The notes under the pieces: model-generated
Seen by the model: the letters and a program-made list of their open reading frames with translations, nothing else
What the model was told of the DNA's origin: nothing
Database searches by the model: none
Position numbers and translations under genes: made by a program
Source: Amphiscolops sp. MND2022
Lineage: Eukaryota
Assembly: GCA_964187785.1 (NCBI GenBank)
Contig: OZ076409.1
Coordinates: forward strand, 44,704,001-44,768,000
Direction: 5' to 3'
Length of the DNA stretch: 64,000 nucleotides
Shown here: piece by piece, positions 54,401 through 60,783 of the stretch
How positions within the stretch are numbered: the stretch's first letter is position 1
Layout: each line of letters starts with the position of its first letter

Positions 54401-54406
54401 CTGTGA
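364..54406 (+). CDS. Multi-exon host gene (5'-incomplete): FN3 - 10x EGF-like - SEA - Thr-rich stalk - TM - cytoplasmic tail; mucin-like type I membrane protein. Exons: 364-445, 3000-3226, 15825-15917, 17053-17178, 17262-17372, 17757-17906, 18798-18962, 19853-19963, 22179-22346, 23055-23207, 23839-24012, 25309-25440, 44207-44316, 45190-45409, 45742-45852, 46557-46744, 53311-53413, 54384-54406
   Basis: Every exon has an AG acceptor and a GT donor (one GC). Splice phases are compatible at each junction, giving one open frame from APTKVQ to DPNERYL*. Domain motifs recognised by eye. Confidence 0.85.
3000..3226 (+). CDS. Host exon, fibronectin type III domain
   Basis: LDTTWGAGRVDGFAVTV...FTVTGLLPGRNYVFEVKS matches the FN3 LxPxxxY signature; cag| acceptor, T|gtgagt donor. 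Confidence 0.9.
4126..4768 (-). mobile_element. Truncated tandem copy of the BEL-1 leader and gag N-terminus
   Basis: Closely similar to about 14385-15061; ORF MDKTTETKITRIL...KALAKNDEILMLANTVNNP. Confidence 0.85.
4769..5096 (-). repeat. BEL-1 3' LTR, also serving as 5' LTR of a truncated tandem copy
   Basis: Direct repeat of 15062-15387; preceded by the integrase end and PPT-like CCGGAGGA; followed by a second PBS. Confidence 0.88.
5097..6666 (-). pseudogene. BEL-1 RNase H-integrase, disrupted
   Basis: TILWTDS..V.QW, FVANRVAEI, CFVCRERNA, ALTPNHFLLG. Confidence 0.9.
6667..10745 (-). mobile_element. Nested non-autonomous BEL-derived element (BEL-2) inserted in BEL-1 pol; 5' LTR not found
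   Basis: Interrupts BEL-1 between RT and RNase H. Ends with the BEL integrase C-terminal remnant KLKRPVVKRAPL...VFREKNRAGNV, then an LTR TGTTGGCGCC...TTACA (6667-7102). Confidence 0.75.
7272..10676 (-). pseudogene. Long gag-like ORF of BEL-2 (about 1130 codons, one in-frame TAG at 9693-9695)
   Basis: The 327-aa and 806-aa ORFs are contiguous in one frame; BEL gag-type Ser-rich plus coiled-coil segment; no intact RT or integrase motifs. Confidence 0.65.
10746..14606 (-). pseudogene. BEL-1 gag-protease-RT, disrupted
   Basis: Fragments: VNPHKPGKV...SLNNVLRIGPDLL, ADIEGMFHQV, FGAKDSPTCANFAL, DDLLISV, VFDPI. Confidence 0.9.
15043..15056 (-). promoter_or_regulatory. BEL-1 primer binding site TGGTGCCGCGACCC (second copy at 4750-4763)
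   Basis: TGG-initial motif 5 nt after the LTR end; resembles a tRNA-His-type PBS. Confidence 0.7.
15062..15387 (-). repeat. BEL-1 5' LTR
   Basis: TGTTGCTGATG...GAGCACA on the minus strand; direct repeat of 4769-5096; followed by the PBS. Confidence 0.9.
15825..15917 (+). CDS. Host exon, Cys-rich EGF-like module 1 (4 Cys)
   Basis: GCNPGNCELNGDTYQCIAGYFLNAQTADCQ; phase 1-1, |gtaagt. Confidence 0.85.
16323..16969 (+). mobile_element. Helentron-associated non-autonomous element (HINE/DINE-1-like), family 1
   Basis: 5' subTIR AGTCGGCGC with a nearby IR, internal AAAGGGTCCCCC tandem units, 3' subTIR GCGCCGACT (16941), stem-loop GCCG-TTCT-CGGC, TTGTT end. Confidence 0.75.
17053..17178 (+). CDS. 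Host exon, EGF-like module 2
   Basis: NCIASDDINC...CECAPLYHVNSQGSCT, 6 Cys; phase 1-1. Confidence 0.85.
17262..17372 (+). CDS. Host exon, EGF-like module 3
   Basis: SCLIDSTHCICTSRFDVSQCKCRAGYVINAEDGGCT; phase 1-1. Confidence 0.85.
17757..17906 (+). CDS. Host exon, EGF-like module 4
   Basis: QCSSLQQYC...ICKCEDGYYP...KCQ; phase 1-1, |gtaag. Confidence 0.85.
18414..18793 (+). mobile_element. HINE family 1, degenerate copy
   Basis: AGTCGGTGC start; TTGAGCCCTAAG...GCGC...GGCTTGTT end. Confidence 0.55.
18798..18962 (+). CDS. Host exon, EGF-like module 5
   Basis: ICLPNE...KCSCTSATDVLTCSCDSGY...FCV; phase 1-1; a second in-frame acceptor (ctacag) lies 15 nt downstream. Confidence 0.8.
19518..19642. 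repeat. Near-perfect ~125-bp palindrome (foldback MITE-like)
   Basis: ACTTGAAGGCGAGAACTC...CAAA|TTTG...GAGTTCTCGCCTTCAAGT. Confidence 0.8.
19853..19963 (+). CDS. Host exon, EGF-like module 6
   Basis: AFCYAGQEFCLCDNDAIPTTCKCAAGLGPVGDGTCF; tttttcag| and |gtgagt. Confidence 0.85.
20830..21683. mobile_element. MITE-like element with imperfect TIRs and CCACCGGTGG-rich subterminal repeats
   Basis: CCCG...GGCA...CCACTGGTGG at left mirrored by CCACTGGTGG...TGCC...CGGG at right. Confidence 0.5.
22179..22346 (+). CDS. Host exon, EGF-like module 7
   Basis: YCTPD...NCMEF...ECINPELTTCRCEPKY...QCL; phase 1-1. Confidence 0.85.
23055..23207 (+). CDS. Host exon, EGF-like module 8
   Basis: GCYSP...KCTCTDPTDIKTCECLAGYVLDFTGACT; phase 1-1. 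Confidence 0.85.
23345..23640. mobile_element. MITE with GGGATCTCTTTCACTAT TIRs
   Basis: Perfect 17-bp terminal inverted repeat. Confidence 0.7.
23839..24012 (+). CDS. Host exon, EGF-like module 9
   Basis: LCHYAADDC...ACTAGDYQDKTCLCKDGFYP...DCI; phase 1-1. Confidence 0.85.
24083..24834. mobile_element. MITE with CACTAGGGTACCAAAAAGCT-type TIRs and TA flanks
   Basis: TA|CACTTCGGTACC...GGTACCCTAGTG|TA; related ends at 2292, 44706-44950 and 46141-46172. Confidence 0.7.
25309..25440 (+). CDS. Host exon, EGF-like module 10
   Basis: VCDPSVRNIGCVCTDYHDIETCSCTTNYVTDPNNPSICL; phase 1-1. Confidence 0.85.
   Translation, partial: RFLTMCVTRVFATLAAFARTTTTLKRAPVQPITSLTPTTLAYA
27794..28941 (+). repeat. 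Gypsy 5' LTR
   Basis: TGTCATGC start; aligns with 42230-43376; followed by TGGCGACTGG. Confidence 0.93.
28620..30367 (+). pseudogene. Gypsy gag, disrupted; starts inside the 5' LTR
   Basis: MVNTR...; LPLFLGNREKYNEFELLL, KLTYFQCLL; zinc-knuckle remnants near 29720-29950. Confidence 0.8.
28942..28953 (+). promoter_or_regulatory. Gypsy primer binding site (TGGCGACTGGAG)
   Basis: TGG motif abutting the 5' LTR end. Confidence 0.7.
30544..35031 (+). pseudogene. Gypsy pol (PR-RT-RNase H-integrase), disrupted
   Basis: LLDTGA protease, YVDDIG RT, CDAC/TDNKAL RNase H, integrase with ITDKGSAFTS and WEGPY (GPY/F). Confidence 0.93.
35446..36137 (-). mobile_element. HINE family 1 copy inserted in the Gypsy 3' region
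   Basis: AACAAGCCGGGACCGGCCCAAGTCGGCGC...GCGCCGACT; internal TCTCACAATGCCGAAAA / GGGGGACCCTTT units. Confidence 0.75.
36982..41455 (-). pseudogene. Antisense multi-exon cargo gene inside the Gypsy element; hAT-transposase-derived (zinc finger plus degenerate core), decayed in this copy
   Basis: Minus-strand exons: 41473-41215 (ATG 41455), 40984-~40857, 40791-40299, 40122-39557, 39324-38837, 38725-~37000, with GT/AG sites and matching phases. ARCLLCRVDLSIAGR(G)LSSLWNHWK zinc finger; CQSLVLYRLYPFFHKQLDELVKARSPFYLLI; IFEQWSVLSVYF. Confidence 0.7.
42220..42229 (+). promoter_or_regulatory. Gypsy polypurine tract AGAGGGGGAG
   Basis: Purine run immediately before the 3' LTR. Confidence 0.85.
42230..43376 (+). 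repeat. Gypsy 3' LTR
   Basis: TGTCATGC...CCGACA; preceded by the PPT and followed by the TSD. Confidence 0.95.
44207..44316 (+). CDS. Host exon, SEA domain N-terminal half
   Basis: RTSFDIIVTKEGTFDADLESSTSDVYNSYCNEIKTE resembles the SEA pattern F..DL...S..Y; phase 1-0. Confidence 0.8.
44706..44950. mobile_element. Short MITE of the same TA-flanked family
   Basis: TA|CACTAGGGTAC...GGTACCATAGTG|TA. Confidence 0.7.
45190..45409 (+). CDS. Host exon, SEA domain C-terminal half
   Basis: VTNFF...IECKEFIGGSITSKLGVNF contains a SEA FxxGS[VI]-type motif; phase 0-1. Confidence 0.8.
45742..45852 (+). CDS. Host exon, poly-threonine mucin-like stalk
   Basis: ADNSVF followed by 29 Thr and 1 Ser using mixed ACN codons; ttacag| acceptor; CAG|gcgag donor (alternative in-phase GT at 45916). 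Confidence 0.8.
46557..46744 (+). CDS. Host exon, transmembrane helix and juxtamembrane tail
   Basis: LLIILIVISCVFFVLVILILIALIFFM followed by RSQPEEPPPR; CAG|gtgaac. Confidence 0.85.
48125..50951 (-). CDS. LINE ORF2: APE endonuclease plus reverse transcriptase (frameshift near 50830)
   Basis: GDFNID, TISDHF, YRPISLL, GVPQGSVLGP, FADDT, KYLGV; 888 aa open; N-terminal LNVQSL and KETWL are in different frames. Confidence 0.93.
50976..51608 (-). CDS. LINE ORF1, C-terminal part (RRM-type)
   Basis: DIAACHYL...PIIVKF...IYVNERL pattern typical of LINE ORF1; directly upstream of ORF2. Confidence 0.8.
   Translation of the reverse strand: MEIIRSVHIPIEPCDIAACHYLPGDGRNKPIIVKFLYNHQRDKVWEQRNSFFDPQTKSIIYVNERLAENDRDVYNYCRKEKHFITATHKNQVRVKVSEHDKTWYPVDSRIQADAIGNKMVSSSELTEWGMEKYPTNEVNMDEKKTPAKRNRHVAFNSPSNEKQPDQSDKLDKLFNLTEKLFTLLVEKQSPPSKKAANQDERNKESNGSSD
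51617..51768 (-). mobile_element. tRNA-derived SINE with a 24-bp tandem repeat at its 3' part
   Basis: A box TGGCGTAGTGG, B box GGTTCGAATC; GTACCGGGTACTCACCACCATCTC repeated twice plus a partial copy. Confidence 0.7.
53311..53413 (+). CDS. Host exon, cytoplasmic tail
   Basis: ttacag|QSTLPMKQIYPNLAYEREEAGLQPTSPPAEFVPS|gttag; its phase 0 start matches the previous exon. Confidence 0.7.
53434..54132 (-). mobile_element. HINE family 1 copy
   Basis: AACAAGCCGGAACCGGCCCAAGTCGGCGC start, AAGCGCCTACT end. Confidence 0.65.
54384..54406 (+). CDS. Probable terminal coding exon (DPNERYL*)
   Basis: tttttttcag| acceptor, phase 1, TGA at 54404-54406. Confidence 0.6.
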
Positions 54407-55784
54407 TTAACAGTGTGAAGTTTGGGGACGATAAACTTGCATTTCTCTGAACAGACTGGGCTATGCCTAGTACAAATCAAACTTTACTACAGGTGCTTGG
54501 GACTATTCTCATTCGACCATTGAAAAATTAGTTATTTAGCTAACTTTCATAATAATGAGAATTATTTTAGCAGAAGGATTTCATAACATAAATGTCAGAG
54601 TAGATTTCATTTCATTCGCAAAATTTAATGTCCGAGTTGAAATTTTTGATGCCTGCTAATGAAGAAAAATTTGGGAATTTCAAGAATTGTAGTTCAGTAT
54701 GTTATTCTATAGTCCCATAGTTTTTGGAATAACATATATGAAGAAATAGTATTCTTCATATCGAAAAAAGTTTCGGAAAACAACTGTCGGCCAACTTTGG
54801 AATGTTAGGCGACATCTTGATCAAGCCATAAATTATCAAAGGCTATCCTACAACTATCAAAAACAATAACGTACTAATACTCATACTATGTATATGCTAT
54901 CCATACTATAGTGCTGCCTTGTTACAAAAATAGTCCAGAAGTACTGTGATAAGATGTGATCTCCATGAAACGGTTTTTTGCTAGTTTGGAAACAGTATAT
55001 TTCTCTGAAATATTTCATTGTGGCATAGAACTGTTTACAAACAGTAGAAGTAGATAAGTATTCAGTGCGCTGAGTCTGTAGAAGTAACAAGTTTCCAAAA
55101 ACGCTGTTAGAATTTTTCAATATTGGAATACGAGTGAATTTGTTTTCAGTTCAATATGATTGAAACTCAGGATCGAAAAATTTTGGGATTTTGGTCATAA
55201 CTGCACTAGTTTTTTGTTTAAAAATGAAAAACCGTTTTGAAACTTGAAACACTTTGTAATTTTGGGGAACTGTGAGTATTTCGAATTTTGTGAGTCATTG
55301 AATATCTTAAAAATCACTGGCTATGAAAGAAAAGACTCAATAAAATTTGTAGAAATTTGTAGAAAAGACTGAAAAAGTGTTCTATGACCCGAATTCTAAA
55401 CCTTTTTCGTTAAGAATGAATAGCGCAAAAAAGTCAGTCACAGGCCTACAAAAATTACATCAAAGTATTGTTCTGAAGGAAGTATGAGATCATTTTACTT
55501 GGCTTGTTATTTTTCACTCCAGTGAATTTTTGAGAACGTTTTGAAACTAAAAGTAAGCGAACAGTGCCAAGACTAGCGACTTTTTCCCTGACGTCCTTTG
55601 AAATTTTCTTGCAATTTTTTTCAGAGCAAAAATATTTAAATTCTTAACATTGGTATACAGTACCCAATGCCATTAAAATGGAAGTATTAAAATGAAGTAT
55701 TAAAATGGAATGAAGTAATATGAATGTTTGAAAAAAGACAAGGGGTGTTAAATAGTAGTGAGAGCAATGACGCAACATGGATTG

Positions 55785-56614
55785 CCAGGTTTTCGATCTT
55801 TGCGAATCTGTGCAGATCTTGAAGTCGTTGCACTGAATCTTGAAGAACCATACAGATCTGCAGGATCTTTACAGAAGTGTACAGATTTTCTTTAAAGATT
55901 TCTGAAGAAATATGATTTTCTGCAGCTTCAAAGGAACCAATATACTGCATTTTGAGACTTCTTTAACTACTTTATCAATTTTTTTAGCTGACCAAGGCTC
56001 AGTCAGTTGATACTCTCGATCACAAAATGCTCGAGAAGGAAAATTTGTAATTTCGGTTTCTGGGGAATGTGTGGTATTGGTGAAACACGGAAATTTATCA
56101 ATTTCCGCTGAACTTTCCAGAAGTGGTTGTTCAACTTTGAAAGGCTGGTTTGCTTTATTGACTTCGTTTTTACTGATGAAAGTTGGCAACCTTCTGGGTT
56201 GGTGGATTTGTTGATCAAGTGTTGTTGTTGTAATATTTCGGGAAGATGGTTCGTTGTAGTAATTTTAGTAATTTTTGGTAACTCGGAATACGTTATAGTA
56301 ATTTATTGGTAACTGTTCGGATCTGTAAAGATCTGTAATCTCTACAGATCTGTAATCACTACAGATCTGTACAGATTGCTGCAGAAAAATGTTTCATCCT
56401 TTGGACATAAATGAGACTTCTCTGAGTTTTAAACAGTCTTATTATTTGTTTGACATCGCTGTGGGGTTTTTATTTTGTTTCTGAGTAAGTCATTTTTCTT
56501 CGAATCTGCACATATCTGCAAAGATCTACAAAAATTCTGCAGATCTGCACATACCTGCAAACGTCTGCAAACATCCTACAGATCTGCACAGATTCGCAAA
56601 GATCGAAAACCTGG
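55785..56614. mobile_element. MITE with 35-bp perfect TIRs and AGATCT-rich subterminal repeats
   Basis: CCAGGTTTTCGATCTTTGCGAATCTGTGCAGATCT and its exact reverse complement; related sequence at 2457-2672 and about 45530-45660. Confidence 0.75.
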
Positions 56615-57037
56615 GTTATGATATCATCAAGAAAATTTGAAAACTTTCCATGTTATATATCTATAATTTGCTGCCAAAACTGTTTCGACTATTATTTTTG
56701 CAGAAAATGCTGTTTGAATTGAAATTTATGGTATTATTGAGCGTGGTAATCTTTGATGAAGGAACTAATTTGTTCCGGAATAGACAGCTATTTTTGAAAC
56801 AAAAAATACCCAACTTCTTCAGTCTGCTTGTGACACTTCGTTTGCTACAATGCAAAAGTTGTGATCTCGGTCTGTTTCAAAGCATGGTTTTGGTTGTTGC
56901 AAAATTTCCATCAGAAACACACAGCTTTCGTGTTTATAAAGAAACGAACGTCTGGGAAAGATGTGATATGCAAGTTTTATATCAATACAAGACGCCCGCT
57001 AAGCACCGGGATATTTTCCGCTCAAAATGTAACGCAT

Positions 57038-57105
57038 CAGCACGGTTTCGAACCCACGACCTCGTGTCTGCCAGACAGACGCACTACTAACTGCGCCATG
57101 GTGAC
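57038..57105 (-). mobile_element. tRNA-derived SINE head or tRNA-like pseudogene
   Basis: A box TGGCGCAGTTAG, B box GGTTCGAAACC; poor acceptor stem. Confidence 0.6.
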
Positions 57106-57360
57106 TAGAATTTACTGAGTGGAGTAATAAAGGGAGATTTGGCAGATTTTTTTTTTAAAAAAAACGCAACACAGATTATGATTTTCCTCCCCAATTATAT
57201 GTGGGCGGAAAATACAAAGAATCATCATGATGATGTTTTTAGCTATTCGAGAGGGCTCACTTGTTTTGTTACAACACTATTCATTATGCGTGAGGACAGC
57301 ACGATAGTGAAGTTGTCTCGATACTAAACCTTTCATCGGGTTCAATCTACTTTAGAAAAA

Positions 57361-59620
57361 ACAAACGGAAACGGCCCAAGTCTAAGCCCCGGTCGAGGTT
57401 CAAACGAGTAACGTTCTTTAAATAAACGTTTTGACCAAATTAATATTTATCGAAAAATGTCGCACAGTCTTGAAAAAAAGCAGATCTTTCCCACAATCAT
57501 TGAGAAACAAATACGTTCCAGCAGATCAAAAAACTTCAAACACAGTGTCACGGTGCCGTGGAACGCAAAATTAAAGACCCTTTGTGCTTATTAATCCAGT
57601 TTGTTGCAGAAAATCATATCCAAAGAAGGGGACCGTTTGGCGACATCAAACAAATTTGGGAAAAGGTCTCACAATGCCGAAGAAAAAACAGTAAAATCTT
57701 CTGAGTTGTCTGTCTAGTAACAAAAGCTTCAAAAACTACGGTAACCAAAGGTGGTACCCTTTGGAGGCACAAGAGATGGCTTGCTAGTAAGGTAGGAAAC
57801 CCTGAAGAAATTCTGTGAAAACTGGACCTTCCAGTGGGAGTTCTGTGGTCTGGAGAAAGAAGAAGTCACTTTAAGAGTCGGGCATTTTTTAGGAGTCGGA
57901 AAAAATTTTCGACTACTTATGAAATCGTGCTGTTTTTTTTTCTCCCGACCTTTTCATGAAAATTTCAAATTTCTCAAAAACTGTCCATACGATTTTCACG
58001 AAATTTTGCACAGTCATTCTACACCCAAAGGAGCCCCCTGCGTGTGCAAAGGCATCAAAATCGTATGGCTGGGATGTGAGAAACGTAGCCAAAATTAGCC
58101 CAAAAATGGCCAAAAAACAGCCATTTTTCGACTTTTTTCGATTTTCTCAAAAACTGTCCATACGATTCGAACGAAATTTTCTACAGTTATTTTACAGCAT
58201 ATTAGAGTCCTATATGTGCAATGGCATCAAAATCGTACGGCTGGGATGTGAGAAACATAGCCAAAATTAGCCCAAAAATGGCCAAAAAAAGTCATTTTTC
58301 GATTTTTTTCGATTTTCTCAAAAACTGTCCATACGATTCGAACGAAATTTTCTACAGTCATTCTACACCATATTATGGTCCTTTATGTGCAATTTCATTA
58401 AATTCGTATGGCTGAGATGTGAGAAACATAGCCAAATTTAGCCCAAAAATGGCCAAAAAAACAGTCATTTTTCGATTTTCTTACAACTGTTCATACGATT
58501 CGAACGAAAGCGAGTCAGAAGGAAAAAGACTTAAGCCGACTCCTTTACCGCATATGCGGCTCTGGTTAGTTACACAAACAAGACGGGAACTTTTGAAGTC
58601 GGCGCTATTTCTGAGGCTCAAAAAGTTCAGTTTTTAAAACATGCGAAGGACGTTTTCATGAAAAACTCCTGTTTTCAAACCTCTGCCCTTCCTTAATAAC
58701 TCGCAATATAGTTCGGATATAACATCAAAAGTTCGGATATAGCGCTCCACTTCGGATATTAAGTCAAAAATTTGGATGGTATTGAAAAAAATATTGGATA
58801 TTTATTGTCAAAACCTAATATCAGACAAAAATGAAAATTTTGGAACAGTCTCATAGTGAGGAAAAATCTGAAAGGGGACCGTTTCGAATTTTTTAACAGT
58901 CATTTTGTTGCAAAATAACAAAAAACTCGAAGGGGGACCCTTTGGAGAATAAGAAATTATCGAAATGTCACGCAGTGCCGAAAAAAATCGAAAGGGAGGA
59001 CCATCTAGTCTCGTCTGGTTTTGTGGGTTATGTTTAAAAAAGTAAAAAACGAAAGGGGGACCTTTACACTAAGTTTCCACTGGCCAAACCTGGCCTTAGT
59101 AGTTTTAGTAGTTTCTGTAAAAAGTGGACCTTCCAATGTGAGGTCTGTGGTATGAAGAACAAGCCGGGAACGGCCCAAGTCGGCGCCATATCGATGGCTC
59201 AAAAATAGCAAAAGGATTTCAAAGTGTCAAGTATTCTCTTCTACAGTACCCGCATGAGGGAAAAATTGAAAAAAAACATCGAAATTTTTTTTGGTCCGGT
59301 AAGTCGCATAGCGCCGATAAATGTAAAAGGGGACCTCAAATGAGCCTAATTACCCTCTATCTCAAGCGCCAGTAGAAGTAGTGTGGCATTTAGTGTTAGT
59401 TTAAGTCAGCTTATAAAGCTTATAAAATCTGTCACTTCGTTGGTCTTAAAAAAATGTCACTGCAATAGTCTGCGTTTTTCTACGAAAAAGCGCCGATTAA
59501 AAAAAAGAAAAGGCACCACTATTGTCTGCGTTTTTCTACAAAAAGTGTCGACTAAAGTGGCCGACTGAAAACGACGAGAAAAACGCCGACTAAAAACGCC
59601 GACTATAAGCGCCAACTAAA
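57361..59620 (-). mobile_element. Cluster of three or more HINE family 1 copies (starts near 57361, 58577, 59158)
   Basis: Repeated ACAAG..GGAAC..CCCAAGTCGGCGC heads and GCGCCGACT ends. Confidence 0.65.
57891..58567 (+). mobile_element. HINE family 2 element with an internal ~170-bp tandem repeat (about 3 units)
   Basis: subTIRs AGGAGTCGG (57891) and CCGACTCCT (58536), 5' IR CGACT, 3' hairpin CCGCATATGCGG, inserted in a T run. Confidence 0.7.
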
Positions 59621-59644
59621 AACATCATTTGATGGAATATATAG

Positions 59645-59752
59645 TGTTGTATTTCAGAAGAGCAATGAATTGAAAAGAGAGAAAACAGACTGATTGATTG
59701 TCGTAATGTGGAAGAAAATCAAATTTCTATTTTTTGTATTCTAGTCTCAACA
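59645..59752 (-). repeat. BEL-3 3' LTR (108 bp)
   Basis: TGTTGAGAC...TACAACA inverted ends directly after the PPT; partner LTR is outside the window. Confidence 0.65.
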
Positions 59753-59807
59753 TCCCGCCCACCTTGAAGGATCCCTCAGAGATGATTCAAATAATTTCAG
59801 ATTTGTG

Positions 59808-60783
59808 ATGGCAGAATACGTGGGATCCGAAGAGGGAAGAAAGAGAAGTGGAAGACAGCCCAAGATGCCCGAGTTTAGGGAGTCTTTCAAAAGGACCAGA
59901 AGAGATGAAAAGAAGGAAGCCATGCCGACCTTCGAAGAGTTTTTTCTCTGGTTGGGGGTCTCCGATGTCTGCTCGAGGGGTAGAGGAGGTTCTGGAGCGT
60001 CGCGAGGAACCTGCTTTGCTGACTTCGAGCGTCGGGTGGCTGCCCGAAGAGGATTCGGTTAGAATTCCTTCTAGTTGAAAGAATGAACCATATAAACAAA
60101 AGGTGTCCAGAACTGTACTCGAACTGAAGATGAAGAAAATTGCAAGTATCTGTTAAACTTGATGCTTATCGGGGGCGCTGTTGTCTGCTAGCAGCTTCGA
60201 GGACCGGCCAGCGTCAGTGAGGAGAAGGAGAGAGGTGCAGAACGCCTTGGAGTTGCGGTCAAGTGTTCTGACTGGAGGAGGCTGTGAGGGGTCAGTTGTG
60301 CTACAGCAGCCCCTTCTGAGTGTAGTGGAGGAAAGGCGAGGATTGCTGATTCTGTTCGAACAGTCCAGTTTCCGAGCCTTTCATCATGATCTGCTGAAAG
60401 AAGGTGATGCATTTCTGACATTGCTAAGAGGAAGGAAGTTGTTGCTGACGTGCAACCTGTCAAATGTCGCACGAGAGCTGGATCGTCTGGGAAGGGATCG
60501 TAGAGAGGCAATAAGTAGAACCCTTCGCTACTTGCAGAGTCTGAAGAGTACGATGACCAAGCAGGTGTTCTGGGGCCTTCTGGAGCCTGGACAGTCTCTC
60601 TACCTTCCGTATGACTGGTTACACTCAGTCTGGACAGATGTGGAGGAGGGCCGCATTTGTCCAATGTTCTCTGTGGAGATGTCTGTGGACGAGGAGAGGG
60701 TGCAGCAGCAGCTCACTCTCGCTAATAAGTACACCGCGGTTGCTTGTCGAAGGCAGCAGCCAGGTGGAAGTCAACAAAGGTGA
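59808..60783 (+). pseudogene. JmjC-domain 2OG/Fe(II) oxygenase, antisense inside BEL-3; C-terminal 200 codons open, N-terminal part disrupted
   Basis: AFHHD (HxD, 60382-60390), LTLLRGRK, LEPGQSLYLPYDWLHSV (distal His 60622-60624); AATAAA at 60813. Confidence 0.8.

Noticed and set aside
57913..58560. Regular repeats resembling a CRISPR array
   Set aside because: Whole ~170-bp units repeat with no unique spacers; no cas genes; eukaryotic context.
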